Part shown: positions 1-13,480 of the stretch, piece by piece
How the letters are laid out: the number at the start of each line of letters is the position of its first letter
How positions within the stretch are numbered: position 1 is the first letter of the stretch
NCBI RefSeq assembly: GCF_006345805.1
Contig: NC_042998.1
Location: forward strand, 71,920,001 to 71,984,000
Direction of reading: 5' to 3'
Length of the DNA: 64,000 bases
Source of the DNA: Octopus sinensis
Lineage: Eukaryota
Made by a program: the position numbers and the translations under genes
Notes under the pieces: generated by a model
Databases searched by the model: none
The model's input: only the letters and a program-made list of their open reading frames with translations
What the model was told of the DNA's origin: nothing

Positions 1-615
1 CAAGTTGCATCGTCGCTGAATTTATAGACGAGAAAAATTCTGAAGATGGGTGGTTTGTTAGCGGTGAAAATGTCGATGTGTTTGATAAATGCTATTCTTC
101 TGTATCTCCGAATTTTGATTTGAGATCTATGCAGAGCCATCCTGCGACGTAGTCTGATTTTCGTTTGGCCTATGTATTGCTCTCGACACCCACAGCAAGT
201 TAGGTTCTCTGAAGCACATATGAAGTTGCTTTACACTGTAAAACGTTTGTCCTGTTTGAAAGAGAACTCTGATCCCTGAATTAAGTTGACGTATATACCA
301 CAGTTAGGAATTTCGCATTTTTTTACTGACGGCTTCGGTGTTGTTATCGAGTGTACTTGGGTTGGTGTTAGAAAACTTTTCATAGATTTGGGTTTTGTTT
401 TGCTCGGCCAGATAGTGTGCGATTTGAAGATCAAATTCATTCTGTGGTCCTTTTTCCGTGGGAGGATATTCTGGAGGATGGTGCCGAACGCTTCATTGTT
501 AAGAGGTTTATGTGTGGACATATATGGTAGGGCTTGTGGTTGTACATTCCTTTTTAGTTTGGGATGTTTGAGTTTATGGATTTTGAGGTACAAGCTACGC
601 AGAAACCTTACGTAA
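1..615 (-). mobile_element. Penelope-like element fragment (linker + GIY-YIG endonuclease), degenerate, runs off the window start
   Basis: Minus ORF 231-623 has the PLE linker (PYMSTHKPLN..., KCEIPNCGIYVNL). Manual translation past the stop gives SNFICASENLTCCGCREQYIGQTKIRLRRRMALHRSQI, a GIY-YIG motif. Confidence 0.8.
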
Positions 616-1570
616 TAAGTCAAACATAAAATTTACGTCTAGTTTTTCAAAAACTAGCGTTGAATTTTTGGATACACAGGTTAAGATTTCTGGAGGCAGA
701 ATAGTGACAGATTTATTTTGCAAGCCCACGTCATCCTACATTTATCTCCACCACCACTCCTATCATCCACATCATCTTATTCGGTCGAATCCGAACTCCA
801 AATTTTTGAGGATAAAATGGATTTGTACTGACATAGGAGATTACTGGAAACATGCAAATGCTTTTGTATGTCATTATGTCAAACGCGGTTACAGTGAATC
901 ACGATTATAGGAACTAACAAATGAAATAGATTAGCTATACACATAATTTTAGCAAACATAATACAATAGATGGCTGAATTCATTTAGTGATTAACCGGCA
1001 CCGACATTTCGCTGGCATTTCAAATGTGTTGCTTGAAAGTTACCCGCACGTGGCGAAAAAATATTCTCGCTTCAAACAGATATTTTCTCAGCCGCCTATT
1101 GTAGCCTTTAGACGGAATAAGAATATAAGAGAATTATTGACCTGTATATCGGACTCCAAGAAAACAAACATTGGAGTATCAACACGTTGTACTTTAAAGA
1201 ATAGCCGCAAGAGAGTTAAGCCCTGTTCATTGTGCAACAACATGAGTGAAGTGAATTCCATCAGAAATCATAACAGAAATCTTATGATTTATACAGAAGG
1301 TGGAACATGTAAAGATTTCCATTTTGTGTACGCTGCAGAATGCACGAAACACAACTTAATTTATGTTGGTTGCACAACAGAACAATTAAACAAAAGGATA
1401 AATGCCGTCAGACAGAATAACTGTAGTTCGACAGAACTTGCTGAACATTTCGTTTCAAGCGGCTTCAATTTTGAAGAAAAGCTGAAAGTGCATATTCTCA
1501 GTAAATATTCTGAATTTGCTGATTAGTACGACGAACACACGCTAGGCACATTAGGTCCAAGCCCTGCTGT
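616..1570 (+). mobile_element. Penelope-like element fragment (RT C-terminus/thumb + GIY-YIG), degenerate
   Basis: NIKFTSSFSKTSVEFLDTQV...TDLFCKPTSSYIYLHHHSYHP matches PLE RT. ORF 987-1526 has CKDFHFVYAAECTKHNLIYVGCTTEQLNKRIN...LAEHF (GIY-YIG). Confidence 0.85.
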
Positions 1571-1899
1571 AAACTTCAGAGGTGATCTAGAACTTAAAAC
1601 TTGGTGCGCATGCACAACAGAGTTCAAGGTCAATCCACACCAAACGCTTAAATCTAAGTCTTTCAGCTTTGTTACTATAGCAACAGACCGGATTCTTATT
1701 GATCAGACAGCATGTATGTGTCTGTCTATGTGTGTGTGTGTGTGCGTTTGTGTGTGTGTGTGTATGTGTGTGTGTGTATGTGCAGTCCACGATAGATGAG
1801 AAACAGAGAATCTTTGTTTACTCAAGTTTTGCATGTCTACATACATGCATATTTTGTATTACATACGCAAATTGTTAGATTTAATATACCTATGTAGCT

Positions 1900-4800
1900 T
1901 GATCTAATATGTACAGTCCTTCCATCAATAAGCAAATCCGCAGCTATACCTGTAGTAGCATAGGGAAGGCCATACTTGCTTTGCCTTCTTAGAGAAGATA
2001 TCAATGTATTGTACAGATAGGCCTTTTCTGCACCTCCAGGAAAAATAATCTACATTGACTTTCATCATCATTGATAATCGCAGCAATGTGTTCATAGACA
2101 TGACTCAGCCTCAGTGAAGGCTGCAATGCGCTGCTCAATATCAACTCCTTCAGCATTGTTCTTTTCAGTATTTTTTTTCATGAAAAGCTGCTGGATAATG
2201 TAGGACTGGATAATGTAAACTTCTGCAACATAGCCTATTTACTCGCAGTGTTGTCTCAACATTAACTCTCTGGATGGCCACCTCTCGAGTGTTAATTCTT
2301 GGGAAATCCTTAATCATGTCCTCCTGAAACCGGTGGTACAGCTGTGAAGAGTTAGCTGGAGTGTTGAACATGCAGATAAAAGCAAACAGTTGTCTTAGCT
2401 GGAATGGCATACCTGTAAGGGACACTTCTATGAATCTTTGCCGTTCTTCATCATTTTGAACTATACTTCTTTAAGAGAGCATCTTCTTTGAAAGAGTTGC
2501 AGACTACAACAACCTACTGTTTTCATATCCTCATAACTTCGATCTTCAGTAACGTGCATCAACAACAGTCTCAAGTAAAATCGTTCCTCATCCTTCTGGC
2601 TAACTTTGTACAGTCGGTAGATGACTTTATCGCCGTTTCTTTGTCTACGCTTCCATACAGTAGTCTGTTTGTTGAAGACATAATTGTACGGAATATCCGA
2701 GTAATGCATGTTCCCGGCATTTTCATGTTTGATTCAGTAGATACTAAGCTGTCAGTGGTGTGTTGTTCTGTGTTGCTCTCTCAAGTGCGTGTCTCTCTTG
2801 ACTCTCTTCAAAGTATACAAGTTGCTCTTGTGGTATACAGACAGGTAGACCAATAACTGAATGAGATCTGTCAGGAATTTATTCTCCAACAGATGCCACA
2901 TTCTTTCAGGAGCATTCACATACCTAGCATCGAAATGGGTGCATACTTCATCATGTACTATGTCATTGTTTTAAGTTGTTTCATTGATGTCTATCCCTTG
3001 TAGATATACTTGTAAATATATTTCACAGAGGAGTCGAAGAGACAAATCTCAACACACATATAAGCATTGAACTTATGGCACAGATATTTATTGTAGAGCA
3101 CTACATATCTGTTGTCATTTGCATGGTTGCTAACTCGAACTAATGCCTGTCGACGTCGCCTGCACAACGGGTTTCTGTTTGGGTTTATTTGTATCACTTG
3201 TTCATACTGCTTTGGAAATTCTTTAAGACACTTGTTATTTTCCATGCATGGTGCAGTAGGTTTGAGATCACCACAGGGCCTATGGATCATGCACCTTTTT
3301 ACTGTTTCATGTAGTAAGGGTTTATTGACGGTATCAGGGATCTCGGCACAGACAGTTTGATTAATTCTTTCAGGATAATCCAATTTATTATCCGGGTGCA
3401 AAATGATCAACAGGAAGGCATGTGGTAAGCCCTTCTTTTGAAATTTAATGGTATAGTAGTAAGCAATAACTCTTCTAAATATATGTTTCTTATTGATGCA
3501 ATTCAAGAGATTATGCGGCTTTATACTGAATACATGGGCCATCAAGCCCGGTCTATATGATGATATTTGGCCGGGAAGTAAATTCCCTCTAATTTCCTGC
3601 CAATTATTATTGCAGGTTATGGTGAGGAAGATACCAGGAGGACCTCATATACGCACAATAGCCATGGCGTCTTAATTACGCTCATGCATATTCCTAAGAG
3701 AACCTTGAAATGCTGAAGGCAGTGTAACTGTGCGTACTCCTTGAGCATTTGCAGCATTAGCAGTATTCCGTAAATGATCAGCAAGACCATAGTATTATTC
3801 TGTTTTCAACATATGTTGATAGTTCCTCAAAATTTATATTGTTACCTTCGACTTGCAGGTAAGGGTTTATTGCCCATTGCTGGAAGAGATTGCCTCCATG
3901 AATAACTGGGTTGAATTCACCATCTCTAACAGCTGTAAGAGATACTTTAAGTTGGTGCATTATAACATTTTGCCTTGAGTTTGCTCAATTCTTATTACCA
4001 ATCACATGTGGTTGCCAGCATGGCTCACCATATAGAAAGGCCAATAAATTTGTCATTGGGTTGAGGTTGGGACTAAGAATGTTCTGACTGATTACAGGGA
4101 CTTCATAGTTTCTTGGGTAATCCTTGAAACCTCTATGGAATGATGGTCCGCCATCTGTATTGCTGAAGACCATAACTATTTCAGTAACTGTTGGTAAAAA
4201 GCTTTTCCGCCTATCAGTAGTGTGATCCCTGCTGAAGACTAAATTTACGACAGGCTAAATTTACGACAGATAGGCCTCTGTACCTGTTGGGCATGCTGAT
4301 CCTCATGCAGTTCTACTTCTCATAATGTCCTGTAGTTTGCAGCATTGGCATTGTAGTCTCTAATAATCTCCTCCAATATGTGCATCGCCTCATGTATACA
4401 TCTTTCCTTTGTTGCATTCTGAGCCCGCGTTGTGGTGGCTTGAACGCTATCAAGAACATACAGTTGGGCAAATTGCTTCTGTTGGTCCTCAACATGATGC
4501 GTGTGCGAAGTTCTGCGATAAATTTGGCCGTGCACTCTGAAGCTGAATAGATTTCGTCCTTGTCAATCATCAATGTGAACATCCATAGATGCGAAAGAAA
4601 GAGCAGAGTTGTATGACCGTATATTCTTTTTGAAGTTACAATAATGTGGATATTGAGTGTGTGAAAACAGAGATCGTATATATGGAGAAAATTCTCTTCT
4701 AACTGGAAGCGGGAATTACCCTTTGTGGCAGCATCTATTAAAGAATCCGTCTGATGGTCGCTCTGAAACAAAATGTTTGGTTCTACAAAACTTACACAAT

Positions 4801-5022
4801 GTCTTCATGCCAATACAGTTATGAATCTATACATTGCCTTCATTTTAAGTATGATTATTTACTAAATTTACATAATATCTAACTCTTCGGAAAATTGTCA
4901 TGGCGTTTGCATCGATTATATCTTCGTTCTTCCTTTTCAGTATAAATTAATTCTTCCATTCTACTCGTTATTTGCTCTCTGCGAACATTAGCTTCTTTTT
5001 TCAGTTTCATTCTCTACTCTTA

Positions 5023-5071
<49 letters not shown>

Positions 5072-5560
5072 ACTCTCTCTCTCTTAGACCATCTCTCCTG
5101 CTGCCTGTGTTTTCGTTACACCTTGGCACATTTGCGCTGTTCTCTATCTTTCGATTTCTCTCCTTTGTGCTGGCTGCTTTCTCTTCCCTTTCATCTTGTC
5201 GCCTTTGTGATGCTTTCATTCTTAGATCTTCTGTCCCCTCTTTTGCTGCATCTTCCATCTTATTTTGACGCCTTTGTGATGTTCTTATTCTTAGATCTTC
5301 TTTCCTCTCAGCTGTTTGCTTTTCTGTTGCATCTTGGCGCATTTGTGATGCTCTTATTCTTAGATCCTCTCTTCTCCCCCCTGCGTTATATTCTATTTCC
5401 TCATGGTCACTTTCTGCTGCTCACTGCCTTTGGATATCTGCACTTTGAGCAATGAGCTTCTCCTCTTCATTTCCATGTCTTCAAGCCTGTCGTCATGCAT
5501 CTCGGGCTCTTCTTGTTTCATTTCTTGTGACTGATTTAATAATATATTTTAAATCTTCTA
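1900..5560 (-). mobile_element. Decayed autonomous-type Helitron (Rep HUH domain + start of PIF1 helicase), 3'-truncated
   Basis: Collinear motifs: IHGQIYRR...FAQLYVLD; GGNLFQQW; LPSAFQGSLRNM...DAMAIVR; KFQKKGLPHAF (EFQKRGLPHAH motif); CMIHRPCG; DNRYVVLYN; KYIYKYIYKG; DARYVNAPE; ERFYLRLLL; MPFQLRQLF; helicase PGGAEKAYLYN...ATTGIAADLLIDGRTVH at about 1905-2040. Many stops and frameshifts. Confidence 0.95.
5132..5407 (-). repeat. 69-bp (23-codon) tandem repeat in the Helitron N-terminal region
   Basis: gcctttgtgatg/gcatttgtgatg recurs at 5201, 5270 and 5339. The minus strand reads EDLRIRTSQRRQ/EDLRMKASQRRQ repeats. Confidence 0.8.
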
Positions 5561-6105
5561 TCTTTTAATCTTCTTGCGTCCAGTTTAATATCTTCATTTT
5601 TATTCTTATTATATTTGCCTTTACACTTCCTATATATCTCTCTTTCCAATATAACTTCTTATATCGAACTCTACTATTTCCTTCTATTTAACTCTTCCAT
5701 ATCGTCTCTGATGATGGGGTATATTTTATCCACACGACCCAAATTCACGACCAGGTACTGCAATAGACTAGGGTTCAAACCCTCACACCTCTTCCATGCC
5801 TTTCCATAAAAATAAGGAAATCTGCATAAGGTGGAAGTAGAAGTCTCCGAAAAAGAACTAGACATCCTTTTCTCCACAATAACCGATGAAGCGACTGTCC
5901 GACATGAGGTACAGATGAGGGAAGCGTATTCGCTTATACACAAAATCTGCCAACAGCTGAGACAAAGGTATATATAGGAGCAGTGATGTGAAAAGCTCTA
6001 GCTGAAGGGAATCGGTAATACCAAGATGGTGCAACAATATCAGCGCAGTTGCATGCCTGAAATGAGTACATGGGTAAACTACTAAAAGATATATACATAT
6101 CTATA

Positions 6106-6174
<69 letters not shown>

Positions 6175-6296
6175 AATATATATACACATATATATATATA
6201 TACATATATACATATATATATTAATATACCTCCTCTAACACTCTATACATATATATATATATGTGTGGGGGAGGGGTGTATACATGCCTAAATATA

Positions 6297-7379
6297 TTGT
6301 GTCATCCCATAAATTATGCGGTTCTTTCAATTGCATGATCTAAAATTCAGAGGGGGGGCAGGATAAACTACCTGCATCAACTTGCTACAGGTATTAATTG
6401 TATGTTGTCCTTATCTTCGCGCATGTGTTGAAGATAGTAGTTCTATGTTAATAATTATTTTTCCAAAGCTATAATTGAAATGACAAAGGATCATATTCAG
6501 TATATTTTGCTATATGAGTTCAAGAAAGGCAATAACACGACGGAAAGTACGGGTCATATTAACTGTTGAGTAACTAGCAGATAAGCTTGGATTTGGTCCT
6601 TCAACCTTTCATCGCCAACCGGTGCCATCGGAAAAGGCAGCAAAGTTGGTCAGGGGTTTTCTCACAAACTTTCGGAGTCTAATTGCATGTGGAGAGTGAA
6701 TGAATGCTCGTCTTTGCTGTCACGTCTCACGAATAAACCTTTCTGGTACGAATAGTGACTGGTTGATAAATGGTTTTCTATAAATATATTAAGCGCAGAA
6801 GACAGTGGGTTGGGAATGGAGAAACACCGGCACCCCAGGCTAAAGGTCTTCACCCACGCAAGGTGTTGTTATATGTTTGGTGGGATATGACTGTTCACTT
6901 CATTTAACTTTAAACATTTAAACCTAAACCAAACGATAACAAAGAAAATCTAGTGCGATCTGATCGACCAGCTTTTGTTTCAAGACGAAAGTGTTTCTTT
7001 CCATCAGGATTTTACTCGGTGACATACAGCGAAGATAACATTCCAAGGGCTGGAGCAGTTTGAATGGGACATGATGCGCGCCCACCATATTCGCCGGACA
7101 TCGCCCTATCTGATTATCATTTATTTCGTAGTCTTCAAAATCATTTGGGCGGGAAAATATGAATTCTCTAGATGAGATCAGAACAGGATTGGAGGAGTAT
7201 TTCTCGTCACGGACAAACGAATTTTTGGAAGTGGGAGGCCTTGAAAGTCTACCAAATAGATGGAAAAGAACTGTAGAAAATGAAGTGAAGGAGAATTTAT
7301 TTTAGATTAAAAAAGAACTGTATCGTGATTTTGAAAAATAGAAGTATAAAACGCCTGTATTATTTATGGGATAACCCAA
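6297..7379 (+). mobile_element. Mariner DNA transposon, internally deleted and degenerate
   Basis: TIRs TTGTGTCATCCCATAAAT / ATTTATGGGATAACCCAA, flanked by TA on both sides. Remnants MTKDHIQYILLYEFKKGNN, RIVTG.DKW, GLHPRKVLLYVWWD, PPYSPDIALSDYHLFRSLQNHL. Confidence 0.9.
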
Positions 7380-8029
7380 TACATACATAAAACATTAACT
7401 GTTGATTTGTTAAAAAATTAATGATTAATGCTTTAATACACCAATAAGACATTTCTCATAATTACCTTATGGCAATTGAGAACAGTTACATAAATGTTGA
7501 GATAAACACGAGATTTTTTCCATCGATGATATCCTATTAACCTTAAGGATAAACTTACTGTCTGGAAGTAAAAGAACCCTCATGGACAAGCATATTTACT
7601 CAAGAGAATACTCGATTCTTTAATTTACGTCGAATGGCTTACGATACATTTCTATTTTTTCTATATTCCTCATAAACATGACACTGGCCACACAGACTAT
7701 TTTCCCATACCTAATTTTTCTTGAATTCATATCAGTTACATATGCAATATATATGATATATTATTTTGTGTGCGTATATGTCTATGTTTCTAGGCTTCTG
7801 GAGACAGGGGATTAGAATTACCATGCTGATGAAAACCGGTGGGGCAGTAACACGTGTTCGTACTTTTCATTTCATCTCCAGACAACGAACATGTCCCACT
7901 GCAGAATGGCATGTCACCTTCAAGGATGTCTTGAGATTATCTCCCCTGCTATAGTGATGATTATCTCAAATGTCTAAGGTTATTGTGACATAGACTATGG
8001 GTGTGTAGATAATTTAATAAATGAAGATC

Positions 8030-8118
8030 ATTTCTTAATGTATTATATATATTTTTATGTATGTATACATACAAAGAAACAAGTACATACATACACACAA
8101 GCATATATATATATATAT

Positions 8119-8187
<69 letters not shown>

Positions 8188-8245
8188 CATACATACATAT
8201 ATATATTATATATATATATACATACATATATATATATGTATATAT

Positions 8246-8277
<32 letters not shown>

Positions 8278-8354
8278 TATATATAATATATACATGTATA
8301 TATGTTATATATATATATATTATATATATATTATATATATATATATATATGTAT

Positions 8355-8398
<44 letters not shown>

Positions 8399-8690
8399 TA
8401 TTATATATATATATGTATATATATATATATGTATTATAAGTATGCACATATATACATATGTGTACATACTTTCATGAATATAAATATATATATAATATAT
8501 ACATGTATATATGTTATATATATATATATATATAACATATATACATGTATATATTATATATATATTTATATTCATGAAAGTATGTACACATATGTATATA
8601 TGTGCATACTTATAATACACATACACATTAATGCATACATACATATATGCGTATATGTGTTCGCGTGTGTTTTATGCACATATATAATTA
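8030..8690. repeat. Compound (TA)n/(TACA)n microsatellite
   Basis: Directly visible low-complexity tract. Confidence 0.95.
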
Positions 8691-9039
8691 TAAGTTTAGA
8701 AATCAGTCGCCATCTTCCACTAAAACCAATTTACATAAATTTGATTTATCTTCAGTTGATGGGAGAACAGACGTACAACCGCTACAATTAACAAATATTG
8801 TGTTTTTTACAAAACGTTCGTAGAGATATATGAAAAAAAATGAATTTACGTACCCAGATAAGGAATATGAATAATTTATTATATAACTATAAAATTATCA
8901 AATTTATACGTCCGTAAAAATATATATTTATTGTAGCAATAGATATAATTATATTATAATACGGTATTGTTTATATGTGAATGTATTATATAAATTTACA
9001 TCATTACTGTCTGGACTAAATTGGATGTGAGAATAAAAT

Positions 9040-12000
9040 TTGATATTTGCATGAGTTGGGACGGACACAGATGCATATATATAGACACAGGATGGACACC
9101 GCCGGCAACAACGTACACCTCACCTCGATACTCCTACTGAACATCAGAGGACTGCAAACACTCAGTAACAGGACAAAGATCCCGTTCCTGAGAGACTTTG
9201 TTGCATGCAATCAAGCCATATGCATAGCACTTACAGAAACGCACCTGAAACCGGACATAGCAGATGCGGAGTTACACATACCACAGTATGCTGTACTACG
9301 GACCGACAGGAAAGAAGGAGTCATGGAGGTGTTGCTATGTACATCCGTGAGGACCTCACACCCCAGGTCCTCTTGTCATACTCAAACTCGGTGTGTGACA
9401 CACTAATTGTACATATTAAGCAACTTGATGTAGTTGTGTGTGCTACATATCGCCCTCCAGATGCCCCAAGCCATGTGGGCAAGTTTGAAGACTGCCTTAT
9501 AAAAATAGAAGAAATTCTAACCACATTAGAACAACACATAGGTGTGCTTCTTATGGGAGACTTCAATCTGCCCAATGTCAGATGGCCCGAGGGCCTTTCT
9601 CTCCCAGGAATGACAAGATGTGAACGAGGACAGGCGAGGTCCCTCCTGAACCTCATCAACACCCTGTACATGGAGCAGGTAATACTCCAACCAACCAGGG
9701 CAGGTAACACACTGGATCTCTGCTTCACAAATGACATGGATCTCATCCATAATGTGAAAGTGACACCGACACTACTCTCGGATCACAACATGATAGAGCT
9801 GACCATGTACGGGCCAAAAGAGAGCACGGACATGCAGCCTACAAGAAACCCTCAAAATCTTTCCAGATTGAACTACCATAAGGCAAACTGGAAACAAATT
9901 GAGAAAGAGATCCTCAAACAAAACTGGCCTAAATGTCTCTCCTCGCCAGACATCGACGTGAAACTTCAACAATTCATGTCTGTAATGCAAGCCATATGCT
10001 ACAAATGTGTCCCAGAGAGAAAGGCCACTGTACACAAGAACAAAATCCCCAGAGAGAGGAAAATTTTAATGAGACGGCGTACGAAATTTTCAAATCGCCT
10101 AAACAAACAGATTGAAAGCAGTGAAAAGTCCCGCCTAAAAATAAAACTGTTGGAAATCGAAAAATGTCTGCAACTCTCCCATGAAAAAGAAAGAGCAGAC
10201 AAAGAAGCCTGGGCTATAGAAAACATAAAATCTAACCCCAGAGCTTTCTACAGGTATGCCAAAGAATCAGCTACAGTGCACTGTAGAATAGGGCCACTCC
10301 TCGAAAAGGATGGCACACTTACAGGAAAACCAATGAGGGTAAGTGAAATACTGAATGAGCAATTCAAGAGTGTTTTCACTCCACCCCTTGGGCATCTCCA
10401 AATCATCAATCCAACTGACTTTTTTATCACTGCAGATATAAAATCAGAGGCGGCGACGATAGATTACATCGATATAAAGGAAGACGATGTAACCAAGGCT
10501 ATAGATGAAATAAAAACAGACTCAGCTACTGGCCCCGATGGGTTCCCGGCAATCCTCCTAAAAGCATGTAAGAGAGTCCTAGCAAGACCACTGCAGTTCC
10601 TCTTTCAGAGCTTCCTTGCAGCTGGCAAACTTCCAGGAAAACTGAAGGAAGGTAAAATATGCACCATTCATAAAGGAGGTAGCAGAGCGGAAGCCAAGAA
10701 CTATAGACCTATCTCTCTGACCTCACACATCAGCAAGGTCATGGAACGAATAGTCAGAAGGAAGCTGATCACCTTCCTTGAAGAGAATGACTTGCTACCC
10801 GACACCCAACATGGTTTCCGACCAGGGAGAAGCTGTTTAACTCAGCTCCTACAACACTATGACTGGGTGCTGAAACGGCTGCTCAACCACTCAAATGTGG
10901 AAGTGATATATCTCGACTTTGCAAAGGCCTTTGATAAAGTCGATCATGAATGATATGTCACAAACTGCGTGATCTCAACATAGTTGGAAAACTGGGAGAA
11001 TGGCTTCATGACTTTCTGAAGGATAGAAGTCAGGTGGTAGTAGCCAATGGGGCCACCTCCATTAACACACAAATAGTGAGCGGTGTTCCGCAGGGCACTG
11101 TTCTGGGACCACTACTGTTCATAATGGCCCTCTCAGACATGCCCTCAGCCACGCCGAGAGCCACGATCACAAGTTATGCAGATGATACAAAAGTTTCACA
11201 GGCAATACAGAACCCTGAGGACACTAAACACCTGCAATGTGAGCTGGACGAAATATACAAGTGGGCTGAAAAGAATAGCATGCAGTTCAATGCTGGAAAG
11301 TTTCAAGCTTTATACTATCAGCATGCAAAACTGAATGCAATACCCAATGAATACACTGGACCCGGAGGTATTGCAATCCCAGAGGCACAATCATTGCGTG
11401 ACCTGGGTATTCACATGAGTGATGACGCGACCTTTCATGTACATGTTGCTAAACTGACAATGAAATGTAGACGGCTGGCTGGATGGATTCTTAGAACCTT
11501 TAGAACAAGAGAACAAGAAACCATGATGGTCCTCTGGAAGACACTTGCCCTAAGCCACTTTGACTATTGCTCTCAGCTATGGTCACCATCCAGTGTCAAG
11601 TTGATCACAGAACTTGAGGCGATCCAACGAAGCTACACAAAGAAGATAGCCTCTATGCAGAATGTAAGCTACTGGGAAAGACTCAAGAGATTAAAATTAT
11701 ATTCCCTGGAGCGTAGGCGGGAAAGATATGCCATAATATACATCTGGAAGATCCTGGAGGGAAGTGTCCTGAACTTTGGCATTGAGAGTTACGCAAATGC
11801 CAGAACTGGGCGCCACTGCGTGGTGCCTAGGACTCCAAACCTGCCATCAAGATGTAGGACAAGATCTGTGATAGCCTGGGCTTCCGAGGCCCACAGCTCT
11901 TCAATATCCTCCCGAAGAACCTGAGAGACCTGCATGGGGTGGATACAGATTTCTTTAAAATGAAGCTGGATCTCTTCCTGTCAGGTGTCCCAGATGAACC

Positions 12001-12181
12001 AACTTCACGGCAGGAGGGGCAGATGAGGGCAGCTGCATCGAACTCTCTCATGCACCAAATAGCAGTTGCTAGAAAGCCTCCATGAAGTGAAACCAAGTAG
12101 CAACACCAAATGGCGGTGCCCCAGCATGGCCACAGCTCATAAGCTGAAACTAGAATCATCAATCAATCAATCAATCAATCA
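9040..12181 (+). mobile_element. CR1-type LINE: near-complete ORF2 (APE endonuclease + RT) with 3' tail and (ATCA)n
   Basis: LLNIRGL, IALTETHL, HGGVAMY, YRPP, MGDFN, GNTLDL, SDHN (APE); GPDG, NYRPISLTS, QHGFRPGRSC, YLDFAKAFDKV, SGVPQGTVLGPLLF, YADDTK (RT). Frameshifts at about 9315, 10950 and 11865. Ends GGCGGTGCCCCAGCATGGCC...(ATCA)n. Confidence 0.97.
9092..12087 (+). pseudogene. Frameshifted LINE ORF2 (endonuclease-reverse transcriptase)
   Basis: ORFs 9047-9406, 9205-10953 and 10950-11924, plus a downstream frame (CDSLGFRGPQLFNILP...VPDEP), join into one ORF2 starting MDTAG at 9092. Confidence 0.9.
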
Positions 12182-12207
12182 TATATATATATATATATAT
12201 ATACATG

Positions 12208-12251
<44 letters not shown>

Positions 12252-13119
12252 AGTGTAAATATATATGTATATAAATATATATATATATATATACATGTAA
12301 ATATATATGTATATATATACATGTGTGTGTTTGTTTGTGTGTGTGTATGTGTGTGTTTGGCTGCCGTGGGAAGATATTAATTTCGTTCGGGTTAATATCA
12401 ATTTCCTTGTTGATAAACTATCTTTTTATGAATGTTAATTTAAAACAAGCATACGCATACACATACACATACACAAAGTGGTAATAAGAATAATCCCTAA
12501 AGGAAAGTTATAAATATTTTAATGCATCGCTACGTACGTTCCCACAAATCACTTTCTCCCACAATCACTGCCCGTATTCCTGGGATGATTACAGTGTAGT
12601 CCGTGGTATCCGTGGGCATCGAGTTGATCATCTTCATGAATTCATTTCTTCAGGCGATGCAGCATTAATGGAAATTTAATAGAGGTTTGTTTATCGTATT
12701 TGACCAGTGAGAACGTTGATTGAGTTATGTGCATAATTCTCTGTGTATTCAGTGGGAATGAGGCAAAGGTGATGGAAAGTAAGGAAAGAAAAGTAGTTTA
12801 ATGGTGATGGAGATGAGTGTGATGATGTTGGACTTATTTTGCTATTCAGTCTGCAGACGACAATAATATGTAGTACTTTTTTGTGTTCGATCTCTGAAGC
12901 AAACGATTCAGCAAATATAGCCACTACAGCCTTCGGTTGCTGGAGTTCATTGTCTGAGTTGATAAATGATACTTTCATCGGATGACCTTTTATTCATTTC
13001 TGGTGGTACAATGGAATATTGTACAACATCTTTAACATTGGTTTCTTTGTGTATTTGTTTATGTTCCTTCAATGTTCTATAATATGCTAAGGGCAGTCGA
13101 TGTTATACTGTTTCAAAAT

Positions 13120-13480
13120 GCTTTTTTCGAATTTCAGAAACAATGTTTTGCTTTTATGTTTACATGATATAAACAATTCGGAGTGTCTATTATTCATGTT
13201 TTCCCTGGTGATAATTTCCAGAGTTATATTTTTTTAGACGTAGGTGGCATACTCGTGATGTTTAAGTTCCAGACGAGGTTCGATAGTGATGTGGAGTGCC
13301 TTTTATTTATATTGGAAAATGACGTAAAATGGTTACTCATGGTGTCTCTGATGTCGCCAATGGACACATATTTCTGCGTATCTGCCTTCAGCTTACACTT
13401 GTAAGCTTCATTCTTTATCATGCAGTTGTTAAGACTGCATTCCTCTTTACGTCTACAGTTACATGAGATATTACTTTTTC
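13120..13480 (-). mobile_element. Penelope-like element GIY-YIG/C-terminal fragment
   Basis: CNCRRKEECSLNNC...YKCKL...NHFTSF...STSLSNLVWNL, then NNRHSELFISCKHKSKTL, a typical PLE C-terminus. Confidence 0.75.

Noticed and set aside
5640-6060. GC-richer segment upstream of the Helitron
   Set aside because: No recognisable motif, terminus or long ORF; could not be assigned or shown to be the Helitron 5' end.
12560-12990. Minus-strand FAESFAS / EFMKMINSM resembling a LINE ORF2 linker
   Set aside because: Too degenerate to support a call.
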